Shown piece after piece: positions 35,958-48,339 of a stretch of 64,000 bases of DNA. Every line of letters begins with the position of its first letter. Within the stretch, counting starts at the first letter, position 1. The translations under genes and the position numbers were made by a program. Source of the stretch: the human T2T-CHM13v2.0 reference genome, Homo sapiens; assembly GCF_009914755.1 (NCBI RefSeq), contig NC_060948.1; one strand, written 5' to 3'. The notes under the pieces were generated by a model, which did not search any database, was not told where the DNA came from, and was given only the letters and a program-made list of their open reading frames with translations.

Positions 35958-37044
35958 AGTGGGTTTAACAGCCTGGGACAATATCAGACAGCCTAAAAGA
36001 TATGTGCATAATGGGGAAAGAAGAAAGAATGAAGCAGAAAAATCATTTGAGGTAAAAATGACCAATTTGTTTCTATATTTGGTGGAAAACATCATCATTT
36101 AATTTGAGAAGTTCAGGAAATCCTAAGAGGAATAAATATAAAAAGAACCATACCTACCCACCTAGGCATGTGGTATAAAACATCAAAATCAATGACAAAA
36201 GAAATCCTAAAAGTAAGCAGAGGCTGAAAATGTTCCCACTATATACTGGGGAACAACAATATGAACAACAACAAACTTAACAAATTCTTCAGTATGGACT
36301 CTGAGGCTCTTTCTGGTCTTTCATCAAATCTCTCTCAAATTCTCCAATTTCTATGATCTCTACCTTACTTCTGCAATTGCCAGTATACTGTTAAACCATT
36401 TATTAGCCTTGACCTCCTGGGCTAGTGTCCAAAAATGCCCTGTGCCTCTGTCCTCCTAAAGGCAGGTGCAGCCAAGCACCTCAATCTGTGCTAAGATCTT
36501 CCTGGAACACTCCCTGACTTAGACTCTCACAGCAGCCCTCACTCTGACACATATGCTTCTCCACCCTCCAGGCCCATTTATGTGTCCTCTGCACACCCTG
36601 TGGAAGATTCATGGCACCTCCTGAGCTCCCACTGCCCTTGTGAATGCCACACACCTGATAGTGGCTGCTGGCCTGTATGCCTGCCTCTTCCAGAAAATAT
36701 AGAGCACATCAACAGTGAGCCCAGGAGGGCTCACGGTGTCTCAACTTTTTCTCACCAGCGACTAGAATATCTTTCCATGGTTGGTGTAGTCCCCTGTTAA
36801 AGCAGGAAAGGATGATCACAGTCCCTGTAGATTTGTCATCATGCCAGTAACTTAAATGATGTAAATTCTTTTGTCCTCATTCCCCTACTGCCCACCTCTC
36901 CCTGCCCCTGTCCCAAGGGTCCCCACCCCAAAGGAAGGCACTTTTAGAGTACAGGAACATATTGTCCTGTTAATATCTCCTTGCTCCAAAGTGACTCTCT
37001 TTTACTGGTCTAAACTTATCTCCCCTAACCCTGGACTAGTCTCA

Positions 37045-37365
37045 GTTTTTATTTTTGTTTTTGTTTGTTTGTTTGCTTTGGGATGGAGTCTCACTTTGTT
37101 GGCCAGGCTGGAGTGCAGTGGCATGATCTTGGCTCACTGACTGCAAGCTCTGCATCCCAGATTCACGCCATTCTCCTGCCTCAGCCTCCCAAGTAGCTGG
37201 GACTATAGGTGCCCACCACCACACCCGGCTAATTTTTTTGTACTTTTAGTAGAGACGGGTTTTCACCGTGTTAGCCAGGATGGTCTCAGTCTCCTGGCCT
37301 CATTATCTGCCCACCTCAGCCCCCCAAAGTGCTGGGATTACAGGCATGAGCCACTGCACCCAGCC
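37045..37365 (-). mobile_element. AluY-like
   Basis: Diagnostic ctgcaagctc...ttcacgccattctcc and ccgtgttagccaggatgg. Confidence 0.9.
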
Positions 37366-37729
37366 TATCCTCAAGGTTTTAATAGAGCTGCACACAGTAT
37401 CCTTGGTTCCCAGCTGTCCTGCCCTGGACCTTGCCATCAGCATGGGACTTAGCCCTTTAAGTGGGTCTTACTGTGGCCAATGGCCCTAAACAAAGCTCCA
37501 GGTCAGTGGGGTTGAGTGGAGACCCATGAGCCAACTCTGGAGGCCACCCAGGAACTGGGACTTGGATTGGAGGCTGTAGGATCAACTCTCAGGAAAAAAT
37601 TTGTTCCTTTATATGGGTTTGGATACAGAGAGGCCAAGGTGACCGGCTCCACATTCTGGGCCGATGGGTTTTCCTTTCCACAGCTGCAGTGAGAGCCTCC
37701 CTTGCTAGCCTAGCACCCACACTGACACT

Positions 37730-38230
37730 CACACATACTGAAGTATGCTCACACTCTCTCAGCTCCCTCTTCCGTGGACCCCTCCAGCCTCCCTGGTCTC
37801 TCCGGGCAGTCTGCTCCTGGCACAAACATTCGTGCTCACAGGCACCTAAGCATGTTCTCATCTCCCTCTTCAGCAGGCCCCTTCTGCCCTCCCTGGGCTC
37901 TTCTGGCAGGCTGCTCCTGGGTCATATATCCACGTTCATAGACACCTAAGCCTGCTCACACTCTCAACCTCTTCTCCAACCGGTCTGCTCCACCCTTTCC
38001 AGATTCTCCCAGCAGCCTTCTGGAACAGACATCCATGCTCATAGACACATAAGCATGCTCACAGCCCCCTTTTCAATAGGCCTTGTCTGCCCTCCTGGCC
38101 ATCCCAGCAGTCTGCTCCTGGAAGACACATCCATTCTCATAGACACCTTTGCGGGCTCACACTCTGTCAGGCCCCTCTTCAGCCAGCCCCCTCCACCCTC
38201 CATGGGATTTCACAGCAGCCTGTTCCTTGG
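37730..38230. repeat. Degenerate ~100-bp-period tandem repeat, ~5 copies
   Basis: Anchor cacctaagcatgctcaca-like motif recurs at ~37740, 37843, 37943, 38046 and 38144. Each is followed by a C/T-rich segment and a gcagYctgctcctgg-like motif. Confidence 0.7.
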
Positions 38231-39000
38231 CCATCATGCTTCTTCCTCCATTTCCTGGGCCACCTATACCACAAAGAACACACAGGTGGCTTGTCACTGT
38301 CCTGTTCACACCCTTCAAAACTCAGTGTCCTTAGAAAGCAGAGTGACCATACAGTTTATCATCCAAACTGGAGCCCTCAGGAGTTTGAAAATATTTAGAA
38401 AATTAATTTTCCTTGTGAAATTAGTTAATTGGTAGGCCAGGACGATAGGCATCAGATAGTGGGAGTGTATGGGGCATATGGAACCCTATTGTCACTCCTT
38501 AGGAAGGATCTTGCCCCATTTCTCCTGTGCAGGCTGTTCCCCAGCTAAGCCTTTGCTGCAAGTGGTTCACTTATATGTGTCTGTTTCAGTGTGTCCTTTT
38601 CTGCCTTGGTCCCTGATGACTTTGAACTTTATCTTCCACGGTTTAGCCTCAGAGTGTCCAAGTGTCCGGACCTGTAGGTTCCAGTGCTCACCCTGCGCTT
38701 TTATATATCTGGTTGTTTGCAGTGGATCAGGAGCCCCTGGCCAGGATTTTGCCGGTGTTGTTTGTTTCTGCTGCTCAGCACTTGCCTTTCATTTCCTTTG
38801 CACGTGTGTATCTGTCTGTGTGCATTTTGGTCACCTGTCTTCCATCTAAGTCAGCCCTTACCCAGCTTGAACTCCACAAGAGCTGAGGCTTCACTTCTTG
38901 AGTTTATCCCTCCCTCCATTTCCACTCACCTTCAGGGACAAATGCCTTGTAAAGGGTGTAGGCGTGGGAAGGAATTGTTGGATTAAAAGTGCACAGAACT

Positions 39001-39760
39001 GGCTGGGCGCAGTGGCTCATGCCTGGAATCCCAGCACTTTGGAAGGCCGAGGCAGGTGGATCATCTGAGGTCAGGAGTTCAAGACAAGCCTTACTAACAT
39101 GGAGAAACCCTGTCTCTACTAAAAACACAAAATTAGCTGGGTGTGGTGGCCCATGCCTGTCATCCCAGCTACTCGGGAGGCTAAGGCAGGAGAATCGCCT
39201 GACCCTGGGAGATAAGAGGTTGTGGTGAGCAGAGATCATGCCATTGCATTCCAGAATGGGCAACAAGAGCAAAACTCAACCTCAAGAAAACAAAAACAAA
39301 AACAAATAAATGCATAGGAGACCTGACATGGTGGCACATTCCTATAATCCCAGTACTTTGAGAGGCCAAGGCCAGAGGGTTGCTTGAGCCTGGGAATTCA
39401 AGACTCAAGACCAGCTTGGGAAACCCTATCTAGATAAAAATGCAAAAAAAAAAAAAAAAATTAGCTGGACGTGGTGGTGTCTGCATTTCATCCCAGACAT
39501 CTTAGAGGTAGGGATGGGAAGACAGCTTGAGCCCAGCAGCCTGGCAGTTCAAGACTACTTTCTGCAACCTATCTCTATCAAAAGAGAAAAAAAAATTAGC
39601 TGGGCCTGGTAGTGCCTGCCTTTAGTCCCAGCAATTTGGGAGGTTGAGGCAGGAGGATTGCTTGAGTTCAGGAGGTAAGGCTGCAGTGAGCTAGGATCAA
39701 GCCACTGAACACAAACCTGAGCAACAGCAAAACCCTCCCTCAAAAATAAAATAAAAATAA
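39001..39760 (+). mobile_element. Cluster of + strand Alus (AluS at 39001-39310, AluJ-like pieces at 39320-39760)
   Basis: Alu consensus matches with A tails. Confidence 0.88.
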
Positions 39761-40120
39761 AGAATGCTTAGGAAAGTAATTTTCAAAGCCCAGTTTTTTA
39801 AATAACTGGTTTTATTTGCTGCGTTTTAAGATACATGAATTATTCACTTGCCTTCCTTCCTTGCAGGGATGTTTTCTTCTTAAAGAAATATGGATGAGAG
39901 TGGCTGGTGATGTGTGGGATATGGATGTGGTTTTATATAAACAAAAAAGGCAAAGTGAGAAAAAGAGGAAACTAGAAGGCTGGTTGGGCTGTGCTCTTCG
40001 ATTTCAGGCTGAAGCCAAAGGACTTCTGCAGCAATGGTGCTGCGCTGCTGTCCCCTGCTGGAAGGTGACCTCATCTACTCACAGGCCCTGATGTCTTTTT
40101 CAGATTCTGCTTTCTTTGAG

Positions 40121-40194
40121 AATGAGGTCAACATATCAAATGGGATCCTTCTGGAATGTTGCTGGCATCCTGCTCTGATGACATGACATTGAAG
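40121..40194 (+). pseudogene. TBL1YP1: TBL1 pseudo-exon
   Basis: NEVN/IKWDPSGMLLASCSDDMTLK with a -1 frameshift, ag|...|gtagcg. Confidence 0.92.
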
Positions 40195-40531
40195 GTAGCG
40201 TTGGCATCGCAAGGAGTGGGCTGTTTATCCCAGACAAACCCTGGCACTCGACGCCAATCTCATGGTCATTCTTCCATGAGGATTATCTGTTACTGACCAG
40301 GGTGAGCTTTATTTGTTACTGGCCAGGCTCCCTTCCTCTGTTATCCAATGAACTCCGATTTCTCAGTGGGGTCCCGGTGAGAATCCAAGCCTTCCTGCTG
40401 GCTTTCTCACCACTGCGTACAACCCCGCCGTGGGCCAGCAGCCTTACGTGTGCACCCCAGAGGAATTATGCCACATCATTCCCGGGTGCAGGAATGGCTT
40501 TTGCTCCTGTTGTGGCCGGTGTGTCCTGTAG

Positions 40532-40657
40532 ATCTGGAGTATGAAGCAGGACGCATGCATCCACGATCTTTAGGCTCACAGCCAAGAGATCTATACCATC
40601 AAGTGGAGCCCCACCGGGCCTCTGCCAGCAAGCCAAAACCTACATCACGTTGGCAAA
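40532..40657 (+). pseudogene. TBL1YP1: TBL1 pseudo-exon
   Basis: [29 protein letters not shown]... with TAG at 40571-40573. Confidence 0.92.
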
Positions 40658-40824
40658 GTAAGGGCAGGCAGCACAATTGATAAAGCTCTGCCCTACATAA
40701 CGACGATGGGAAATTTTGCTAAATTGTGTCCATGCGCCTGTGTTCAAGCCCTTCAGAGGAAACAAAGTGGTAGCTCACTTTGAAGGGGCCAAAACCATCC
40801 TGCCTTTGAGATAACCATGGTTTT

Positions 40825-41105
40825 GGCCCAGGTGCGGTGGCTCACGCCTGCAATCCCAACACTGTGGGAGGCCGAGGTGGGTGGATCACCTGAGGTTAGG
40901 AGTTCGAGACCAGCCTGCCCAACATGGCGAAACCCTGTTTCTACTAAAAACATAAAAATTAACTGGGTGTGTTGGAGCATACGTGAATTCCCAGCTATTT
41001 GGAAGGCTGAGGTAAGAGAATCTCTTGAACCCAGGAGGCAGAGGGTGCAGTGCACACCATTGCACTCCATCCTGGGCAACAAGAGCAAAATTCTGTCTCA
41101 AAAAA
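40825..41105 (+). mobile_element. Alu (AluS)
   Basis: Alu consensus with a small right-arm deletion. Confidence 0.9.
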
Positions 41106-41129
41106 CAATAATTCCTGTTGCTTGAAGAA

Positions 41130-41212
41130 TGTGTGTGTGTGTGTTTGTGTATATATGTGTGTGTGTGTATATATATATATACATAGAGAGAGAGAGAGAG
41201 AGAGAGAGAGAA
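41130..41212. repeat. Compound microsatellite (TG)n(TA)n(GA)n
   Basis: Read directly from the sequence. Confidence 0.95.
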
Positions 41213-41446
41213 GCGGGGGAAGGTGTCTCACCTTGTTGCCCAGGCTGGTTTCCAACTCCCGGCCTCAAAGGAGCCTCCCACCTCACCTTTCAAAGCACCA
41301 AGATTGCAGATGTGGTCCACCATGCCTGGCCTAAAAAAACTTTTTATATGTTTATTCTTAACTTAATTTGCCATTTTTCCAAATATGGTTCTCTGCATTA
41401 ATTTAGTAATAATAGCTATTGTGTTTAAAATTGTAGGACCATTTTT

Positions 41447-41766
<320 letters not shown>

Positions 41767-42048
41767 TCAAAAATATTAACCATTCATATGTATAGAAAGT
41801 GCACAAAAATTAATGTGTATATATCAATTTGTTTCCCTAGTAAAAACATCAAAACTTTTGTATGTTTGTTTAATGACTATGGCTTTGTTTTTAATACATT
41901 TTAGAAGAGACAAAGCTCCTCAGATTATTATCTTTTGAAACATAAACGTTGGGAAAGACAACTCCTGGAGATCCAACGACACACGTTATGGAGAACTTTT
42001 TAAAACTGCCATATGTATGTGATTTTGCTTTTCCTCCCACCTTACTAG

Positions 42049-42120
42049 TGCTTCATTCAATTTTGCATTGAAACTGTGGGATGTGGAGCCAGGCATCTGA
42101 ACCCACATGCTCAAGAAACA
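42049..42120 (+). pseudogene. TBL1YP1: TBL1 pseudo-exon, truncated mid-exon
   Basis: ASFNFALKLWDVEPGI*THMLKKH (cf. [24 protein letters not shown]). TGA at 42098-42100, then the sequence switches to an LTR. Confidence 0.85.
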
Positions 42121-42282
42121 TGATTCACCTCTGCAAAGGAGGGAATCAGATATGCATTTATCTCAGTGAGCAGAGAGGTGACTGAATAGAATGAGAGGCA
42201 GGTTTGCCCTAAGAAGTTCCCAGCTTGACTCTTCTCTTTAGTTTAGTGAGTTGGGGGCCCCAAGATTTATCTTCCTTTCACA
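42121..42282 (-). mobile_element. MER4A-type LTR, 5' ~160 bp only
   Basis: Minus strand begins TGTGAAAGGAAGATAAATCTTGGGGCCCCCAACTCACTAAACTAAAGAGAAGAGTCAAGCTGGGAAC. Confidence 0.8.
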
Positions 42283-42699
42283 GATCCAAGTGTGCTTGTG
42301 GCCATCACCATGACCTGGAGTTTTGCAGTGGCCAAATCCCAAATGCAGGTCTTGAATTGGCAAATGAAGACTCAGTGTTAAGCGAGTTATTGTCACATTT
42401 AGGGAAAATATGTATCCCATCTCCTAGTGTTGTCTGGAATTCATCCTGCTCATTTTCATTTTTCTCTTTACTTCTTGCCAAGTAGAGCAAGTGTGTTCCC
42501 AGGAGGTGAATTTGGGCACCCTGAGTGGTAGTGCAGAACCCTGGAATGCTCCAGGAAGAACTGCGTGGGAACTGGGCAGATATCAAACCATGTGGCAGAG
42601 TTCCCTGGGATAAATGCAGGCATGGCAGGCAGCTTTGGTGGCTCCCTGAAGAATGCCAGTGGCAAATGACTAGCTTTAAAGAGGTTTCTTTTTGCTGTA

Positions 42700-42890
42700 C
42701 AGCAGGGGTCCCCAACCTCTGGGGAACCAGCTGCACAGCAGGAGGTGCATAGGAAGCAATGCATCTTTACCACCTGAGCTCTGCTGCCTGTCACATCAGT
42801 GGTGGGGTTAAATTCTCATGGGACCAGGAACTCTATTGTGAACTGTGCATGTGAGGAATCTAGGGGGCGTGCTCCTTAGGAAAATCTAAC
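42700..42890. mobile_element. MER1-type hAT fragment
   Basis: cagcaggggtccccaacc...ttaaattctcatggg...tattgtgaactgtgcatgtgaggaatctagg. Confidence 0.7.
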
Positions 42891-42891
42891 T

Positions 42892-43191
42892 CTTGCAAAA
42901 TTGCCCTTGTTTGATGAGATGAATGCGCAGGAATTTTGTCATGGTAGAAAAGGACCCTCTGGTCAAATTTTTTTCTGGGCATTTTTTGTGCTAAAGGTTT
43001 GACTTTCTCAAAACCGCTTTCCTAATACAGATGCTTTCATTCTTTGGCCCTCCTGCAAGAAAAAATGCCTTGAGCATTAAAAAACAAAGAAACAAAAACT
43101 GTTGTCATGACCTACTGCCCAGTCTGCTTTTGCTTTGCTTTCACTAGACCCCTTGGTAGACATTGCTTTGATTGTGCTTTGCCTTCAGGAT
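42892..43191 (-). mobile_element. HSMAR2 mariner transposase fragment
   Basis: Minus strand reads DPEGKAQSKQ... and DQRVLFYHDKIPAHSSHQTRAILQ, matching the mariner YDPE and HHDNAPAH motifs. Confidence 0.8.
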
Positions 43192-43726
43192 TGTTACAGT
43201 AGGTAGTCAGACATGAGTATGGCAGGAAAAGGTCTCCCTCCCCAGGAATGCGACGTGACCATCAAGTGATTGTCAGATGGTTGGTAAACTGACCCTCCTT
43301 TAGGAACACTTGACTGGTAAGGGAGGAGACTGCCTCAAATGAGCATAGATACAACTCCAAGAAACACATTGCAGATATGGCCCCTCCCAAAGCTAACAGG
43401 CCACTGTGCAAGCAGACAGTGTGCCCCAAGAGAAGAATCATGGAAGAAGGGATGCAAGACCACAGAAACCATGCCAACATATAAGACCCCAGGTCAAGGG
43501 CTAAACAGTGCACTTCTTCTCTTAAGTTGCCTGCTTGGTGCTCTTCCAAGTGTACTTTACTGTGTTTCATTCCTGGTTCTAAAGACTTTTAATAAACTTT
43601 CCCTCTTGCTCTGAACCATGCCTCAGACTGTCACTCTGCCTTATGCCTCTCAGCGGAAATCTTTCCTCTGAGGAGGCACAAAGTGAGGTTCCTTCAGAAC
43701 TGTGTGGATTTACAACACTGCTAACA
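43192..43726 (+). mobile_element. ERV1 solo LTR, MER50-like
   Basis: tgttacagtaggtagtcagacatgag...tataaga...aataaactt...ctgctaaca, with TG/CA ends. Confidence 0.75.
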
Positions 43727-44318
43727 TGAGGAGGTTTGGGGGTTCACTCCAGGACACACTTCCTCGAGGAGGAAGTAGGCACTCAACTCTTTACCAGCCC
43801 CAGCCCAGAAGTCTTTTCCAAGGATGCTGTCAAGGGCTTCATTCCTGTTATCCTTTTCTAACCATTGCCCTTAACTGATTTCCTGTGCTGCACTCCCCGT
43901 TTTCTTTCTTGAGAAAAGACGATAGCCAAGTGCATTATGGGACTGGAGCCTCTTCAGTCTGCACTCAGTCCCTTCCCTCTCCTCTTTCCTCTCCCGTTCC
44001 TCACACACCTCCGTAGACCTCCAAGGGCACTTCTGCAGCCAACCCAGGAGGATCCCAGTACAGAAGTGAAAAGTCACCTAGTCCTAGTGCTGAGCTAACA
44101 AATGAAGGCACAGAACTTGAGCCAGCAGAGCCTTGCACATTTTCATTTATTGAACCTGCTCACTTTCTGCAGCTGTATTCTGCTGATATCTCTGAAGGAT
44201 GACAAATAAAGTCAACTGTCCTGAATAATTCCAGGAGATAACATGTGTCACTGTCTAAGACTAAGGCATGGGGCCACTCCCAGTAGCCATGATCCCAGAG
44301 AACTTCCCTACTATTTAC

Positions 44319-44425
44319 CTGTAGTCACTGTCTTTGGAACAGGATGGGGTTGGCCATGAGGACCAGCAGCAGGGGGCGGTATATGGTGCATAGTGGGGGA
44401 TGGCATGGTTAGGCCCGGCTCACAC
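44319..44425 (-). pseudogene. GPR143 pseudo-exon 5
   Basis: ctctctcag|G TGT GAG CCG GGC CTA..CAT GCC ATC CCC CAC TAT..CCC CTG CTG CTG GTC CTC ATG GCC AAC CCC ATC CTG TTC CAA..ACA GTG ACT ACA G|gtaaat. This reads CEPGL/HAIPHY/TIYRPLLLVLMANPILFQ/TVTT versus GPR143 [36 protein letters not shown], with three 1-nt deletions. Confidence 0.9.
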
Positions 44426-45929
44426 CTGAGAGAGGAAAGTCAAGTCATTCTTCTCAGAAACAAAGCTTTGGCCACTTATCTGGAAGCCAAGATAAGAGGA
44501 TAAGAACAACAAAGGAAATGCATAAACCTGCTTCTGACTGCCCAAAGGAAATATGAGTCATTTCTCATGTCTGGAACAAGCAGTTAATTGTAGGTAAGTA
44601 AGGGAGATCAACCATGTTTCTGTCTCAGAAATGGGAGGTCCTCTAAGGTGTTCCACTGGAGGGAGTTTTTGAAGGTCCCTGCTGGGAAAAGGTCTGAAAA
44701 GAAATGACACTCTGGGATGGTGGATTCCCTGCACTGGGTCTTAATGAAAAAACACAATTTAAGTAAAGACAAAGGCACTCCATTAAGTAGTTAGGTTTTG
44801 AGTGCTCACAACATGGCTTTGGGCAATAACATGAATAAGATACAGTTCCTGGGCTTGATCAACTCAAAATGTACCAGCTACATATTTCAGATAAAATGTG
44901 TTCTCATTGTTATAGATAACAATAGTTTCAGAAGCTCTTGTCAGGGAAAAGGAAAATGATTTCTACTGATGGGTCATAGGAGTCACTGGTCACCATAGAA
45001 TGTCCCGAGGGCCTCACAAACATATGTTACCAAGGTTAACGACTATTAGCTGGGAAATGCTTCATGTAGGAGAGAAGCAAAATGTCACAGAGGAAGAGAG
45101 AACTGAAGGGAAAGGGGTAGGAGGAGTGCTCCAGCTCAACCAAGAGGGACGCAGAAAAGCAACTGACCAAACAGCCACATGGCCACAGAAGGAGAGATGA
45201 CAAAAATAGATGAAAGCACTGTTAATATTCACAGAGTGGTCAAACCAGAAGAGTGAAGGTGGCAGAAAGTGTAAAAAAGAAAAAAAAAAAGCAGGTATGA
45301 AAAATGCAATACCCATCTCCTCTTGCCATATAGGAAGGATTACTACACCACCTCTCATCGCTGCCACCTTCTTTTAACAGGTGGTTTTATCCTCAGCTGT
45401 AGAGGCTAAAATTCAGCCTAAAAAGCCTTGAGAGGAGAAAGGGAAACAAAAAAGGAAGAGAAGTGACTCCGATGCAAAGACAGAAAGAAAATGACACATA
45501 GGAGAGTGAGGTTGTGTGTGTGAAGAATGCTGAAGGCCCTGGGTCATGCAATGTGAGGATGAAGAGATCATCACAGATAAGTTACTTAAAAGGTGCCACT
45601 CCCAAAGACCCTGGGAGCATCTCAGGGTTCCCTGTGAGCCCTGCAGTAATGGCACTCTCAGGCTCAGAAGCAACTTTGCCAGGAATCTCTAGGGTCCCAC
45701 AGGCAAGGGAGTGCAACAGATACTCCCTTTCCAACTAGGTACATTCTGTTATAATAGCTGTTGATACTGCATCTGTCCTCTTAAAGTTCCCTAGGAAAAC
45801 AGACCATACAGATGGATCTACCACTGAGCTCCCTGCTTGTATTTACGGTTGACATGACAATACCCATTTGGAGACATTTAATTGAGTTGCTGCAAGAAGC
45901 CAGAAAAGAGAGAGAGAGAAATAATCTAC

Positions 45930-46160
45930 ACCATGGGTCAGCATACTTTTTCTGTAAAGGAACATACAGTAAATATTTTTAGCATCATAGGTCAAACTGT
46001 GTTCTCTGTTGTGACTACCACTCAACTCTAACTTAGCGCAAAAGCAGCCACAGGCAGTACATAAAGAAATGGGTGTGGCTGTAATCCAGTAGAACTTTAT
46101 TTACAAAAACAGATGTGGCCCAGGTTTGTCCTGAGGGCTGCCATGTGCTGATTCCTGTCA
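45930..46160. mobile_element. MER58A-like hAT transposon
   Basis: gggtcagcatactttttctgtaaagg...gggtgtggctgtaatccagtagaactttatttacaaaaacag. Confidence 0.75.
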
Positions 46161-46856
46161 TAAAATCACAGATAAAGACACTTGTTCATTGCTGTTTTCC
46201 ACTTTTCCACTGGAAGTTAGAGTATATATCCTTGGAAGGACCTTGGCTTTACAACTGAGGGTTGCACAGACAGGAATGTAAACTTGAGGAAATGCCTTAG
46301 ACAGTTACAGTGGTTACATCTACCTGTGTCTGTTGTTTGGCAGTTTCAGCGGCCACATCCCCCTCTCTGTGCACAATGGAAGAGAAGCTAGAAACCACAG
46401 GAAGAAGAGCTGTAGAATGAGCTTTTCACAGGGCTTCCCTTGGCTTCTTCCACATTATCCTACACTCATTCCATGAATGCTAAACTCACCTGATCATTCA
46501 GAGGAAGCGTGAAGAACAAAAATTTAAAAGTTCACAAATATGGATGCTGGGAATACACGAAAAATTCTGCATGCAGACTTACATGAAGGGAGATATGCTG
46601 AAAGCTTCATATGCATGCTTGTGTGCACAGGCACCTATGCACGCAAATAAGAAAAGCAGAAGCAGAGAGAATGATTCCAGGGTCCAAGCTACTGGAGTCA
46701 TCCCTCCATGTCTGGGCTGTGAGTGTGGCCCTGAGACAATGGCCTGACCTTCAAGGAGCCCACTCTGTGGGTCAGGGTTCTGCATTCTCTGCAAGAGGTC
46801 CCCTGCAATGAGGGGCCAGGCATGGAGCCACCTAGGGTACTGGAGTCCTGGATTCC

Positions 46857-46950
46857 CTGGACATGAAAGGGTAGTAGAGCATGGTGGCTCCCTGCACCCT
46901 AGGTCAGGGTGTTCAGGCCCCATGCCATGATATGGTGCAGCAGGATGGTA
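46857..46950 (-). pseudogene. GPR143 pseudo-exon 4
   Basis: ccccccag|..TILLHHIMAWGLNTLT*/VQGATMLYYPFMS versus GPR143 [32 protein letters not shown]. TAG, +1 frameshift, donor GT>GG. Confidence 0.9.
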
Positions 46951-47109
46951 CTGGGGGGAAGCACAACAATGACCACAGCACAACAGGGCAGAGAGCCCAG
47001 CCTGGAACAGCAAGGTGAGCTCCTGCACTCTGGATAGGTCAGGAAAATGTACCCAAAGTAAAGCCTGTCAGCAAAGAGCTTCCTCATGCTGCTGAGGTTG
47101 GTTGGTTGT

Positions 47110-48230
47110 TTTCCATTGAGGTGGAAATCACATCACAGAAAATTAACTATTTTAAGGTGAATAATTTAGTGCAATTAGTACATTCACAATACTGTGCAGC
47201 CATCATCATTGAAAACACCAAAATGGTTGTTTTGGTTTCTGTGTTTTTGTAGAGATGGGATGTCACCAAGTTGCCCAGGCTGGTCTCAAACTCCTGGCCT
47301 CAAGTGATCCTCCTGCCTTGGCCTCCAAAGTGTTGGGATTACAGGCATGAGTCACCATGCCTGGACAACCAAATGTTTTCATCATCCCCCAAAGAGATAC
47401 CATATCAACTAAGCGGTCACTCTCTTTTCCCTCACCTGCTTTTATGTATCTGTGGGTTTGCCTGTTCTGGACATTTCATGTAAATGGTAGCATACACTGT
47501 GTGGCCTTTTGCATCTGGCATCCTTCACTCACCATAACAAGTAAACCCATGTTGTAGCATGGATCGGTACATTATTCCTTTTTGTGACTAAATATCATTC
47601 CATTGTATAGTTAGACCCCACTCATCCTTCAGTGGACATTTAATTTGTTTAACCCTTTTGCCTACTGTAAGTAGTGCTGCTATGAATATGTCTCATGTAC
47701 AAGGATTAGTTTAAGGCCAGGCACAGTGGTTTATGCCTGTAATACCAGCACTTTGGGAGGTCAGGTTGGAAGGATCACTTCAGTCCAGGAGTTCGTGACA
47801 AGCCTGATTAACAAAGCCAGACCCTATCTCTGCAAAAACTTAAAAAATTAGCCCAGCATGGTGGTGTGTGCCTGTTGTCCCAGCTACTCAGGAGACTGAG
47901 ACTGGAGATTGCTTGAACCTGGGAGGTCGAGGCTGCAGTGAGCTATGATTGCACTGCTGCGCTCCAGCCTGGGTGACAGACTGAGGACCTTTCTCAAAAC
48001 AAAAATATATCTGAGTTTCTGTTTTCAGTTCTTTGGGTGTATACGTAGGAGTGGAATTCCTGGGTTAGATGATATTTCTATGTACAGGATTTTGAGGAAC
48101 CACTGAACTGCTTTCCACAGCAGCTGTACCATTTTACATTCCTACCAGCAATGCGCAAGGGTTCTAACTTCTCCATATCTATGCTAAGCCTATTTTACAA
48201 TTTTGATTGTAGCTATCCTAGTGACAGTGA
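47110..48230 (-). mobile_element. L1MB/L1MC-type 3' fragment interrupted by an Alu monomer (~47245-47365) and an AluJ (+, ~47715-48005)
   Basis: Reverse L1 3' end features: ctgttctggacatttcatgtaaatgg and aggagtggaattcctggg...ccattttacattcctaccagcaatg. Confidence 0.75.
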
Positions 48231-48339
48231 CTGAAGTTTTTGAGACTTGATCTAAACGGGACCCATCGTGATAAAACCACGGAATAGGAATTTCTGCTGA
48301 AAGCATACACTCTGATGGCATTTTTCTGTTCTCATTGGC

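Noticed and set aside
38780-38945. Weak resemblance to the missing TBL1 exon (gtgtgtatctgtctgtgtgca, accttcagggaca)
   Set aside because: Short low-complexity matches with wrong spacing and no splice sites.
46324-46387. Exon-like minus-strand segment with a good acceptor (ttctag) and a cag|gtagat donor
   Set aside because: No frame matches GPR143 or any protein I recognise. It lies in GPR143 intron 4 and is most likely a chance pseudo-exon.
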